Positions 21,301-31,699 are shown, counted from the stretch's first letter. The stretch: DNA of 64,000 nt from Sulfolobales archaeon (GCA_038867615.1 JAWBYA010000001.1:577473-641472), one strand, 5' to 3'. Notes: generated by a model from the sequence alone, not told the origin. Translations and numbers: made by a program.

Positions 21301-21978
21301 CTAGCTTACTAGCTGTGCGTAGTAGCTATCTATATCGCCTTTCCATTTCTCGTCTTCGTATTCTGGGAATTTCTTTACGCGGCATCTTGGTTTGGCTATT
21401 ATTTCTCTCACCTCGAAGTCTTTGAAGAAGTTCATGCTATAGGCTGTTCTCACGACGAGCGCTGTGTCTAGCCCTTTGTATGTACCTCCGCATGATACTA
21501 CCTCCTCGCCCTCTTCTATCTCGCCTGCGTCTGTTGCTATTATTGCGGCTTCTATTGCTATTTTTGTGCCTGCTCCGAAGATCTCGAGGGTTTTGTCTAT
21601 GATAGCCTCCGGAGTCGGGTATTTCCAGTTTAGCGAGCGTGATGGTGGTGCGAACGGCCTTGTTCCCTGAACGATCCTGCATCCATGCTCCTCGAGCTTT
21701 TTGAGATTCTTTAGATACTCCTTTCGCTTCAGCCCTATCGGGATGCTCCCCCTAGGCCCCCAGGTCTCGGCTGGGTAGTGGGTCACAACAATGATCCTGA
21801 TATTTGTTCCCCTGAATATCTCTAGGGCTTTCAAAGCACTCCTCCCCGTTTCCGAAGCGATCACGACTTTATTGATACCTGTGTTCTCGCAGTATAGCCT
21901 AACCAGTGAGAGAAGCTTCTCAGTGTTCACCTCACCGCAGTACTGGAAATAGGTAACCTTCCTCTCAATATCAGCCAT
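21301..21978 (-). CDS. Pyruvate kinase C-terminal alpha/beta domain protein (MTH1675-like)
   Basis: VVIASETGRSAL, VVTH, AIIATDAG, GGTYKGLDTALV. Confidence 0.8.
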   Translation of the reverse strand: MADIERKVTYFQYCGEVNTEKLLSLVRLYCENTGINKVVIASETGRSALKALEIFRGTNIRIIVVTHYPAETWGPRGSIPIGLKRKEYLKNLKKLEEHGCRIVQGTRPFAPPSRSLNWKYPTPEAIIDKTLEIFGAGTKIAIEAAIIATDAGEIEEGEEVVSCGGTYKGLDTALVVRTAYSMNFFKDFEVREIIAKPRCRVKKFPEYEDEKWKGDIDSYYAQLVS

Positions 21979-22411
21979 AAACGTTCACCCATGAGCAGAA
22001 TTCCAAGTCTCTATAAATACTACACATAAGATCTTCAAGTGTTTTAAGACGATCCGAGCGTGTAAGCATTCTGTGAGTATATTTATATAGTTTCGGGGGT
22101 AAGATGCTTAAGAAGATCATTCTATGAAAGATCGACAAACTACACCGAGCCTGTGTCCAAGGGTCTTGAAAAATACATCGAGCATTACATCGCTGAAAAG
22201 CGGCAGGGGTTGATAGGCTTACACATCTCTCCAAGGGGTGCTGGAAATCTGTAGAAAGAAGGCTCTCTAAAGAATCTGCTCTAGGCTGTCATGGGCTAGA
22301 CAAGCGAGTTACGAAGATCTGGGTCGAGATTCCAAGTCCCTAAAACAAACCTCCGCATGGATATAAACTTTATAAACTATGAAGCATAGATTCTAATGAA
22401 GGGAGTCTAAC

Positions 22412-23845
22412 TTGAGAGAGGAAACTATAAGACTTGGGCTTAACCTTCCTCTCTTTGTAGCTGCTTTGGTCGCGTTAGGAACAGGTACTCTTGTAGGTAT
22501 GATGGGCATTTGGGGAGCAGCGGCTTGGGGGAGGCCTGTTCCAGAGTGGGAGAAGGTTGGCCATGCCCATGCTTCGTGGTGGGCTGTTCTTATCATGATA
22601 GCCTCGATGGTCTTACCCAGCCTGCAGCTAAAGCCATGGGCTAAAAAGCTGATAATAGCGGGGACCTTTGCTGGACCAGTCCTCTGGGTTGGTGTGTTGG
22701 CCAGCTACTATGAGATAGGAGGGCCAAAGATATGGAGGTTTGAGGCCATAACTGCTCCTGGGAGTTATTACGAGATCCCCTTGCTGGGGCTCTTGGCCGG
22801 TATTTTCGAGTTTCTGGGATTGCTAGCCCTTGGTGCGGTTGCCCTTTCAGCCTCGGGGGTAAAAATCCCCATAATATCCTCTAAAGAGCCTCCGCCTAGA
22901 TCTAAGTACGAGTTTGTCTCCGATATTGAGGTGCCTCGAAAGATCTTCCTGCTCCCCACGGTGATGGTGGTTATCAGCGTTATAATAGGTTTCGCTATTA
23001 CTACGACCTTCAAGATAACCCATAGCCCGATATCGCCAGCCGCTCTGGTTCAGCTGCACGACCATATAGCCCTCATAGCTACTAGCGCTGTGATAGCGCT
23101 GCTGACCCTCAGAATCCTGGGCGTTGGGGAGAGGATCTTCAACCTAGGCTATCGACTCATGCAGATAGCCCTCCCCTTACTCCTAGTCGGTTTGTTAGCC
23201 TTCACCCTCGGAGGCTTCCACAGCATAGTCTGGGTCGCGCCTGCCGGGATATACTATCTACTCTTATTGATCGCGCTCTCAGCCTGCATAGGGTTCTTCA
23301 TAGCCAGAGGTCGAGCAGACCCGACCCGCACTCCTCTTAGAACAGCGCTTGCCGTATGCTTTGTCGGCTTAGCAATCCTAATACCTGTGGGCGCATATAT
23401 AGCCCTGGTATGGGATACCAATCCAAACGTCACGGTTACGTATAAGCAGCCTGCAGGAGAAACCTACCCAGGGCCCTATCCTAAGCAGTACATAGGCACG
23501 GCCCCGGTGGTGGGCACGCCGAGAGGTCTTGAGAACGCCCATCTAAGCCCTGGAAGCTGGTTCCACGTAGCCATAACGTGGCTCTTGATACTAATCCTCG
23601 TGGGGAACCAGCTCTTCACAGGATTGATCAACAAGCCCGGGATGATCTACCTCTACGCCGTTACAATTCCAATGGCACCGCTCTTCAACATGCTCGGCAG
23701 ATTCCTAGCCTGGCTAGGCATACCCAACGGCATAGGAGCCCTCTGGTTCGCAGGACACCCCATCAAGGGCTTTAACCTCATCAGCCTCTTCATCGTAGCA
23801 CTGATAGCCATATACATACTTTCCAAAAAGCACCGCAGCGAGTAG
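22412..23845 (+). CDS. Polytopic membrane protein with His motifs, function unknown
   Basis: About 12 hydrophobic segments; HAH, HDH and NAH..WFH motifs. Confidence 0.7.
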   Translation: MREETIRLGLNLPLFVAALVALGTGTLVGMMGIWGAAAWGRPVPEWEKVGHAHASWWAVLIMIASMVLPSLQLKPWAKKLIIAGTFAGPVLWVGVLASYYEIGGPKIWRFEAITAPGSYYEIPLLGLLAGIFEFLGLLALGAVALSASGVKIPIISSKEPPPRSKYEFVSDIEVPRKIFLLPTVMVVISVIIGFAITTTFKITHSPISPAALVQLHDHIALIATSAVIALLTLRILGVGERIFNLGYRLMQIALPLLLVGLLAFTLGGFHSIVWVAPAGIYYLLLLIALSACIGFFIARGRADPTRTPLRTALAVCFVGLAILIPVGAYIALVWDTNPNVTVTYKQPAGETYPGPYPKQYIGTAPVVGTPRGLENAHLSPGSWFHVAITWLLILILVGNQLFTGLINKPGMIYLYAVTIPMAPLFNMLGRFLAWLGIPNGIGALWFAGHPIKGFNLISLFIVALIAIYILSKKHRSE

Positions 23846-24294
23846 AAGACCACCTTCCATCAACCATTTTCTTTTTACCCGATACCTGGCTTATCGATGG
23901 AAGATATATATTATATTATGATGTATGGTAAAAAGCGCTTCTTCTCAAGAGAGACTTATAAACATTAGATCTTCCGGCTATAGAGTTCCGAACAGCAATG
24001 TAAAAAAACGATCTCGTAGCTCGTAGATAGAATCCTACACTGCAGGCTCAGCTGCGCTCATGAACCCATAGAGATCCCTAGATCCTTTGTAAACGGGGAT
24101 AGGAGCCCTAAGCGGTGAACAGCCATAACCATATGAACATAACCGCCCTTGAGCTAAAAATCAATGCTGAATCGCTTTTAACCCCTGGCAGATCGACTTT
24201 ACCTTAGCCATCCTTACCCTGCTTATAAGCTTTTATCGGGGTGATCCTTAGGTGTTAATATCTGGAGAAGGGTAGAAAGGAGGCTAAGATAGGT

Positions 24295-25008
24295 TTGAGT
24301 AGCGAGAAAGAAATAATTAGCATGATAAACACCAACAGCATATTTAGAGATAGGTTGAAAGAATGTTTAGACATCCTCGGCTTTACCCTTAAAGAAGAGA
24401 TTAAGGCTTATAAGGATAATGTAAAGACAGATATCCTTATAAGAATAGATGATGAAATAGGTATAAGCGTAAAATCTAGCACGGGAACAAGTTTTCATAA
24501 TCTCGATAGAAGACGCCTTGAAGAATGGAGGAGCATATTAAATATGCCTGATGAGATCTTCGAGACTATAAAGAGATCAATACTGCGGGTTGCCAGGAAT
24601 CCGAGAGATAAATTTATAATGGAAGCAGATAGAGCCAAGATAAAGGAATTCCTCACCATGCACGTCAAGACAATAATAGATGAGATCTTTGTGAAAGGAG
24701 AGCGGAATCTAAAAATACTAATGATAAACAATAAACAAACGAGAAAAATCTATGTCTTCAATATGGATGACGTTCTCAACTTCCTATATAATAATGCCAG
24801 GAACATAGGCTTCAGCGATAAGGGGATTATAAAGCTCGGTGATTTTATTACAATCCAGAGAAAAGGCGGTGATGGGAAGCATGTAACCATTCCTAAGACC
24901 GACTGGAATCACCCGGGTAACCAGTTACAGTTTAAATTCTCACCTTTAAAATTCGCAGAATATGTTGTGGAAAGAAGGGTTATTAGGTTTTGTGTTCTCG
25001 AATACTAG
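24295..25008 (+). CDS. Type II restriction endonuclease, HinP1I-like
   Basis: KTDI...ISVK catalytic core, FHNLDRR, and C-terminal TIQRKGGDG...NQLQFK, which I recall as the HinP1I-family signature; AT-rich. Confidence 0.7.
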   Translation: MSSEKEIISMINTNSIFRDRLKECLDILGFTLKEEIKAYKDNVKTDILIRIDDEIGISVKSSTGTSFHNLDRRRLEEWRSILNMPDEIFETIKRSILRVARNPRDKFIMEADRAKIKEFLTMHVKTIIDEIFVKGERNLKILMINNKQTRKIYVFNMDDVLNFLYNNARNIGFSDKGIIKLGDFITIQRKGGDGKHVTIPKTDWNHPGNQLQFKFSPLKFAEYVVERRVIRFCVLEY

Positions 25009-27073
25009 ATTCATAGTTGAGTAATAATTGATAAAGGTTTCTAACGGTTTTGTCAGCGTTCTCCAGTTTGATCGCCTCGGCTATGGATAGGTCTAGCCTA
25101 TATCTATACTCTTTATCTAGCTGATCCCAGAAAGGTGGTAAGGGTTTATCTAGTATGTCGCTAACATTTTTACACAGCTTGGAGGCAGTCTCATCATCGA
25201 TTATGCTTATGTTGATTATGGGTAGCTCAAGGTAATCGCTTTCCAGGAATCTTGTCCATGTCTCCGAGATTTTTCTACCCAGCAGTATGAGTGTTGAGAT
25301 GAAAATCGCGCTATTGAACCATCCTGTGAGGATCTTGGAAGCCTTTTCATCTATATATTTTATTATATAGAAGTTCTTCGAAGCAGCTATTTTCTCGCTG
25401 GTATAGTTTGCGAAAACTCCTCTTCGCTTGAAGGTCAAATCCACTTTATCTGGTATGAATATGTGTCCAAACGGTTTTTTAGTCATCATCTGTTTATAAA
25501 CATGGCTATACCAGTATTTCCCATAGGAGTTTATAGCCGGCTTTGCGGTACCAGACTTAACTCCCCACTCAATATAATGTTGCAAGTCCTCTGGCAAGCT
25601 CTTAAGCTCTAGCGGGGGGATAGAGAGCATATATGTATCTGCTTTTGCTTCAATTGTATAACTATAAAGGCTTGGCTTACGAAGGGTCCTTACTAAGAAC
25701 TCCCTGCTTATGGTTAATCTAAGCCTGCTCTCAATATTCTCTATTTCTACAAATCCGTTATTCTCTCTTAAAATGCGCCAATACTTATTAGGTAGGAAAA
25801 AGAATTCGGGTCCATACATCTCAACCCCTCTGATAATGCTTTTTCTACCCAGCACATCGTTCCAGTATCCCAGCGTACCGTTTTTTAAACCCTGCCTAAA
25901 TATGTCGACCACGATATTTCTAAGCTCATCCTCCCCAAAGAGTGCTAGCCAGTTAATATCAAGGAATCGTGGTAGATCGTTAATATTGAATAGGTTTACT
26001 TTATGATAGGGTTCGCGCCTATCCATGACAGCCTTGGCAAGCTCTTCAGGATTGTCATCTAATTCGGCAAACACTGTTAGCCTGTTCTTATCCTTATCAG
26101 GCTTTTTAACAGCTATTAAAATAACTTCTTTAAACCCACTATCCTCAGAGAACGATGGTCTAGATGAATGCTCAACCATGCCGAGAACCTCATAGCTTTC
26201 TTTTAATAAAGACTTGTACCCCTTTCCATATATTGTGTAGAATGTGGATGCTGGTAGGACAGATACTATCAAGCCGCCTTTATTTAATGCGTAGTCAGAT
26301 AGGAACATAGAGAGTGTTTGGAGGCTGACTTCCCCTCTAGTAATGTATCTCCCATAACCCAGCATATTTATAACCCTAAGTATGTAGTTCCGATAATTCC
26401 CCTCTAGATATTTCCACCTAGTGAAAGGCGGGTTTGTTAAAATAATATCTGCTCTTGGTAGTTTAGCCTGAGCAAGTCGAGGCATAGCTTCGGGTATAAC
26501 TTTAAACGCGTCTCCCACAATCACGGTGATAAGATCCCTCCTCCCCCCTGTTGCGGAGAGTAGTGATGCGTATGCAACTAAAGCTGGTAAAGGTAGAGGC
26601 TCGATACCCCAAACCTTCTGTAGCCTTTCAACCCCGATTTTTCTTATTGCCGCTGTTAGGGTTCGTGCTGAGCCGAGGAAAGGGTCTGCGAGAACTACCT
26701 TATCTTTTTTTAAATTCCTCAGATAGTGCTGTGTTACGGAGGACATGAAATGAGTACCCGAATCAATAGTATAATAAGCAGCAAACCTCTTCCTCACAGC
26801 CTGAGGTATAAGCTTTTGAACTTGAACCTGACAATCACTAATAGAGATATTTGGCTTTGACAATTCCGACTTAATAGCTCTAATCTCTTCAGGGTTTAAC
26901 CTTTCTAGGTTAGGGAGTATCGGAGCATCCCAAGTTCTCAATGATTCCAGATCTCCGTCCTTGTTGTATAGCATTATAACATTTAAACTAGCTATGAGGA
27001 TCCTAAAACTCTCAGGAATAGCAGGCTCTATGCCCAGCTTCTGAAGTATACTATTCAGCTTTACACCCACCAC
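24983..27073 (-). CDS. DNA amino-methyltransferase (N6-adenine/N4-cytosine), gamma-class order
   Basis: YYT, DPFLGSA (motif I), GDAF, TNPPF (motif IV), long C-terminal TRD-like region; AT-rich; overlaps the REase 3' end. Confidence 0.85.
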   Translation of the reverse strand: MVGVKLNSILQKLGIEPAIPESFRILIASLNVIMLYNKDGDLESLRTWDAPILPNLERLNPEEIRAIKSELSKPNISISDCQVQVQKLIPQAVRKRFAAYYTIDSGTHFMSSVTQHYLRNLKKDKVVLADPFLGSARTLTAAIRKIGVERLQKVWGIEPLPLPALVAYASLLSATGGRRDLITVIVGDAFKVIPEAMPRLAQAKLPRADIILTNPPFTRWKYLEGNYRNYILRVINMLGYGRYITRGEVSLQTLSMFLSDYALNKGGLIVSVLPASTFYTIYGKGYKSLLKESYEVLGMVEHSSRPSFSEDSGFKEVILIAVKKPDKDKNRLTVFAELDDNPEELAKAVMDRREPYHKVNLFNINDLPRFLDINWLALFGEDELRNIVVDIFRQGLKNGTLGYWNDVLGRKSIIRGVEMYGPEFFFLPNKYWRILRENNGFVEIENIESRLRLTISREFLVRTLRKPSLYSYTIEAKADTYMLSIPPLELKSLPEDLQHYIEWGVKSGTAKPAINSYGKYWYSHVYKQMMTKKPFGHIFIPDKVDLTFKRRGVFANYTSEKIAASKNFYIIKYIDEKASKILTGWFNSAIFISTLILLGRKISETWTRFLESDYLELPIINISIIDDETASKLCKNVSDILDKPLPPFWDQLDKEYRYRLDLSIAEAIKLENADKTVRNLYQLLLNYESSIREHKT

Positions 27074-27487
27074 ACTCCCTACTATTATATTTATGCTTAT
27101 TTAGGTTTTCTACCTATTTCCCTAATCTCTTAAGCCATTTTTCTCACAATCTCTCCATGCTTTTAATCCTAGTAGATCAACTTTAACCTTATCTTACTTA
27201 TAAGCTATTACGCAATTGACGATCCATAATGTTAATGATCGAAACAGCTCTGACCTTGATGAAGGTAGGAGTGATAGAGGCTGATGTGTTGAGATATTAG
27301 CAGCTATGAAACTCGAAACCATAATGGAACAGGCTTTAATGTTATCGACAAACCGTCGTTAATAGTGAAAGTAATGATCGCTGGGAAGCTTGGTGAATAA
27401 TAAAGAGAGCTATAGTAGATCTTGTGGTAAGGATTTTAGACATGTGAGCGCTTTATTACCAAGCATGCCTTCTTATTTTAATGGGCT

Positions 27488-27976
27488 ATGAATGAGCTGC
27501 CAAAAACAATAGCTGAGGAGCTTGCTAGAAAGGCTAGCAGCGTGGGGATCTCTATTGAGGAGTATTTATTTGACTTACTCTTCAGAGATCTAGATCCTGT
27601 TGCAAGCGCTGAAAAATATATAATGGGTGCTCAGCAGCTCCTCGAACAGGCGGAGCAGGAGTTAAGGGCAGGAGATCTTAGGCAGGCCTCTGAGAAGATC
27701 TGGGGGGCGTGTGCGCTCAGCATAAAAGCCCACGCCCTGGCTAAGAAGGGGCTGAGGCTCGAAACCCATGGGGATCTATGGGTTTATAAGAACGAGGTTG
27801 CCAGGAAGCTTGGTGACTGGGTTAGGGTTGCATTCATGATGGCCGATTCAATGCGTAGGAACTCTTACGAGGATATAGCCACTGGAGAGGATATCGAGAG
27901 TGCACTTAGGGAGGTTAGAAACCTTGTTAACAAGATCTCTGAAACATTAAGCCTCAACCGTAGTAGATCATCATAG
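27488..27976 (+). CDS. PaREP1 family protein (HEPN-like)
   Basis: GDLRQASEKIWGA...IKA..A...HGDLW. Confidence 0.88.
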   Translation: MNELPKTIAEELARKASSVGISIEEYLFDLLFRDLDPVASAEKYIMGAQQLLEQAEQELRAGDLRQASEKIWGACALSIKAHALAKKGLRLETHGDLWVYKNEVARKLGDWVRVAFMMADSMRRNSYEDIATGEDIESALREVRNLVNKISETLSLNRSRSS

Positions 27977-28202
27977 CTTTATTACAGATCAGCTTACTCC
28001 TTTCTAAATTACATATCTTCGGCTTAGGATGATCCTTATGTATTGATCTCTAAAACATTCTCGAAGCCCGTGAGGCTGAGGACTAAGCAACCAGATCAAA
28101 TAATACTAGTTGCTATGAAGCTGAACCATGATCTGGGTAGGGTTTTGAAGCCCTACATTTAAGGTGGAATAAAAAGGTGTTCGGGCTAGAGAGGCGTTAG
28201 GT

Positions 28203-28445
28203 TTACTCGATAGCGATCAGAGTTACTGTTTTCTCAACACCCTCAATCTTATGTATACTCCCAGCCACCACGTCTTTAAGATCCCTAAGCTCTCCAACCT
28301 CGATCTTGGCTATAACATCATACTCCCCGGTTACTGTGTATGCTTCTTTAACACCACTAATACCCCTGATCCTCTGCACGACATCGCCCGCCTTGCCGAT
28401 AGAGGTTTTAATCAAAACATACGCTACTACTGGGAAGAGCACCAC
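28203..28445 (-). CDS. Lrp/AsnC ligand-binding (RAM) domain protein
   Basis: AYVLI, GVKEAYTVTGEYDVIAKI, GVEKTVTLI; no HTH. Confidence 0.88.
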   Translation of the reverse strand: MVLFPVVAYVLIKTSIGKAGDVVQRIRGISGVKEAYTVTGEYDVIAKIEVGELRDLKDVVAGSIHKIEGVEKTVTLIAIE

Positions 28446-28626
28446 CCTATAGCATCGGCTAACAAGCCCTATATTTACCCTATAATATCTTTGCTGCGTA
28501 GGTCGCGGATAGCTAACATGTATTTATAATCATAGCTCTGCTTTAACGTAGTTTATTATAATGTATTTCGAAACCTCTGACTATTTTTCCCAGCCTTACG
28601 GCTCTCGCTATCTCCTCTCCGAGTTC

Positions 28627-28650
28627 TTTTCAATTCTATAGTAGATCGAT
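28627..28650 (-). repeat. Solitary CRISPR repeat-like unit
   Basis: TTTCAATTCTATAGTAGATC (28628-28647) equals 20 contiguous nt of the array repeat. Confidence 0.7.
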
Positions 28651-28749
28651 TTTGTCCTCATATCTATTATATTAGGCTTATAAGCGTAGATCTCGTTTTA
28701 GTCTATGTTTTTGATATGACGATCCGCTGTAAAACTGAGAGTCTATATA

Positions 28750-30093
28750 CTATATAGGTCTTGTGAATCCCCATTTCTCGAGGGCTCTTCTGAGTTCCAC
28801 GTGCTCTTCTGCGTATTGGTCTAGGGGGATTCCTTTGGATATGGCTTCTAGGGCTTGTCTTACGGCCGCAGCGCCTGCTCTGGGGCCGTCTGGGTGTCCT
28901 ACGACTCCTCCTCCGACTTGTATGACTATATCGATGCCCATGTGTTTAACTACCTCTGGTAGTGTTCCTGGGTGTAGTCCTCCCGATGCTACTGGGGCTG
29001 CTGGTTTTATGTGGTAGAATGGCTGGGGCATTCTAACCGGGTCGTCTGGTGTGGGTTTGAAGATCTCTTCTCTGAGGATTGAGCAGTTCCTGATCACGTC
29101 TATTGTTTTTGCTTCCAGCTTCCCAACCTCTGGTGTTCCGACGTGTAGCTGGTCTACGCCAACGATTCTGAGGAGTTTGGCGAGTGTGAACATCGATATC
29201 CCGTGATCCGGGTTTCTGGTGAATGCTGCGTGCATTGCTCTGTGGGCGTGTATCGCTAACCCATACTCCTCCGCGAGATCCCTGATATAGGTTAGTGAGG
29301 ACCAGCCTGCCACTACCACGTCGACCATGATGTATGGGTTTCCATAGTCTGCGACAAGCTTGATCCTCCTAGCCATCTCTCTAGCATCTGCAGTCACGTT
29401 GGCGAGCCATGCCTTCCTCTCCCCAGTCTCCCTCTCAGCCCTCTCTATAGCCTTCATAATACTCCTAGCCCTGGTCTCGAACTTGCAGTAGCTGGGGCTT
29501 GCCAGGTTCTCATCATCCTTAACATAGTCAAGCCCTCCAGAGAGTATCTCGTAGGATAGCCTCTCAACCTCCTCCGGGGAATAGCCGACCTTGGGCTTTG
29601 GCACGGTGCCAACAATAGGCCTCCCATAGATCCTGAATATCTCCCTAACACCCCTCAAACCCCTAAACGGGCCCTTAAAATGCTCCAGAAACCTCCTCGG
29701 AAGATATATATCCTCAACCCTCAGCCACCTAACCCTCCTCATACCAAACACATTACCAGCAACAGAGGCCAGGAACGCCGGCATATTACCCTCCTCAAAC
29801 AGCTCAACGGGATAGGCAACCCTAACCAGATAACCCCCACCGCCCAGGTCTAGAAACTCATACGCTCTCCCCATAAGCCTGGAAAGCCTGGCCTCATCAT
29901 ACCAAGTATAAAGGGTGGTCCAGGTCCCAACACTACTCTCAGCAGCAACACCCCCAGCCGTATCCTCAACCGTAAACCCGGCAGCTGGGGTTACTTTAAA
30001 GCTAACGATCACATGATCCTCTGGATCCGGTTTAAAGCTCTTATCAATAAACAAAGGATATGGCTCGAAATCCTGTGACACGAGTTCCACCAA
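28750..30093 (-). CDS. rbcL: Ribulose-bisphosphate carboxylase, archaeal form III
   Basis: AAESSVGTW, GNVFGM, KPKVG, GGLDYVKDDE catalytic motif, HAHRAMHAA, GKL, SGGLHPG, GGGVVGHPDG. Confidence 0.95.
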   Translation of the reverse strand: MVELVSQDFEPYPLFIDKSFKPDPEDHVIVSFKVTPAAGFTVEDTAGGVAAESSVGTWTTLYTWYDEARLSRLMGRAYEFLDLGGGGYLVRVAYPVELFEEGNMPAFLASVAGNVFGMRRVRWLRVEDIYLPRRFLEHFKGPFRGLRGVREIFRIYGRPIVGTVPKPKVGYSPEEVERLSYEILSGGLDYVKDDENLASPSYCKFETRARSIMKAIERAERETGERKAWLANVTADAREMARRIKLVADYGNPYIMVDVVVAGWSSLTYIRDLAEEYGLAIHAHRAMHAAFTRNPDHGISMFTLAKLLRIVGVDQLHVGTPEVGKLEAKTIDVIRNCSILREEIFKPTPDDPVRMPQPFYHIKPAAPVASGGLHPGTLPEVVKHMGIDIVIQVGGGVVGHPDGPRAGAAAVRQALEAISKGIPLDQYAEEHVELRRALEKWGFTRPI

Positions 30094-30381
30094 TAGTTTA
30101 ATCCGTATAACGCAATATAACCCAGCTAGATCCTACTATCTAGAATCGAGGACAGGGCTATAATGTCCCGCTATAGGACTTCGAGACGCTCCCTATAGTG
30201 GTTGATATAGTTCCCAACGATCCTGCATCGATGATCTGGTGTTGAGGAAAGGCTTCTCAGATCTAACCGCTATAGTTCTAACCATCACCGCTCTCTCCCC
30301 CTTGGGGAGAGCATTGCGAACTGTTAGGGCTATCAACCCTCAATGCTACGCCTCGTTTTGGCTTCTACTCTTTAGCTTGAA

Positions 30382-30405
30382 GTAGATCTGCTATAGAATT
30401 GAAGA
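30382..30405 (+). repeat. Solitary CRISPR repeat-like unit (trailer-variant type)
   Basis: GTAGATCTGCTATAGAATTGAAGA matches 21/24 of GAAGATCTGCTATAGAATTGAAAG. Confidence 0.7.
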
Positions 30406-30418
30406 GCATGTTTTAGGC

Positions 30419-30925
30419 TTAGAGTGGTCCCAGCCATGGTGCTATTACCTTGTAGTTCTTCTCAATGCTATTTCTTCTCCACTCCTCCTCAGCCCACCAA
30501 GGTATTCTTGGGTTTCTGACTATGTCGTAGTAGTCGTAGGGCTTTATATCGAGTACGGGGCTTCCTGTCCACGCGTCCAGGCCCTTAACCCTGAGCCTGT
30601 TCTCCTCGATTGATAGGAGCTCTACTACTGTTAATGCTATCGGGTTTGGTCTTGGTGGGAATCTTGTTGCGAAGATCCCTACTTCTGGGTATCTTTCTAT
30701 ACCCCACGGCTTGAGCCTGGGTATGTATCTCTTCTCCTCATGCATCCAGTATAGAATAATAATATGTGAGTAATCCTCTAATCCTTTAAGGGCTTCGACA
30801 TACTCATCAAAGATCCTGATGATAGATATCTTCTCATAACGAGACCTAGGCCTCTGGGGCTCTCCAGGCCTTGGAAGACCATCCTCAACAACACCTATAG
30901 GTTTAAAACATATTGGCTCAGACAG
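30419..30925 (-). CDS. trmO: tRNA t6A37 N6-methyltransferase TrmO/TsaA family
   Basis: ICFKPIGVV, ALKGLEDYSHIIILYWMH, GIFATRFPPRPNPIAL, GLDAWTGSPVLDIKPY; frame extends 60 codons beyond the ORF track to a CTG after GGTGG. Confidence 0.88.
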   Translation of the reverse strand: MSEPICFKPIGVVEDGLPRPGEPQRPRSRYEKISIIRIFDEYVEALKGLEDYSHIIILYWMHEEKRYIPRLKPWGIERYPEVGIFATRFPPRPNPIALTVVELLSIEENRLRVKGLDAWTGSPVLDIKPYDYYDIVRNPRIPWWAEEEWRRNSIEKNYKVIAPWLGPL

Positions 30926-31180
30926 TAAGAACCACCATCTATATAGAGAAACCAGGAACTAATATCTAGCCAGATCGACTTAGCATGGCCCTGCGTGGTT
31001 TAGCTTCTGCTTAAACTTTACCGCTATCTCCAGTCTGAACAGGATCTTAATTCCTAGCCATTATCCATAATATTATAATATAATGAAAATCCCTATTTAA
31101 CATTCTTGTGGTTTCCCTTTAGCTGGTGAAGATCCCTTATAGAGCTGAAAGATATTTTCTAATAATACGTATGTTTATGC

Positions 31181-31579
31181 TTATAATACGTATGCTGAAA
31201 CGTTAACATATAGAACTCCCCTAATGCTTCTGAGATCCCTCAATATAGCCCCTATCATCTCCCAATAGCTTTCAACAACCGCTATGTTGAGGCAGAGGGT
31301 ATCCCTGAGGATCTGATGGTAGAATGCCTTAATGCTCTGCTGGTTTTCATGTATAACCTCTAGTATCTTTCTATCCGAGGCCTTGTATATGCTGTGATCG
31401 CTTAGGACTGTTATAATGAAAATACCTCTTCCGGCTTTCATGGATACATCGTAGGCTTCGAGCATCCTCCTAACAGCTTCTCTAACAAGCTCCGACCTTC
31501 CTGTGAAGCCTAGCTTGCTTACTGCCTCGTCAACCTTCTTGAGCAGATGATCTGGTATTGAGACACTCACTATAACCAA
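31181..31579 (-). CDS. NikR/CopG-type ribbon-helix-helix regulator
   Basis: IVSVSIPDHLL..VD....GFTGRSELVREAVR plus ACT-like C-terminal domain with His/Cys. Confidence 0.85.
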   Translation of the reverse strand: MVIVSVSIPDHLLKKVDEAVSKLGFTGRSELVREAVRRMLEAYDVSMKAGRGIFIITVLSDHSIYKASDRKILEVIHENQQSIKAFYHQILRDTLCLNIAVVESYWEMIGAILRDLRSIRGVLYVNVSAYVL

Positions 31580-31699
31580 GCTTCCAACACCTTATTAACC
31601 TCTGCTAATGTGGATTAATAAAGATTAATAATAATTCTTTAGGGCGTTAACAGTTAAGGTTATTAATTTACTTTTCCGCGTTGATCGGAGGAGTTTAAA

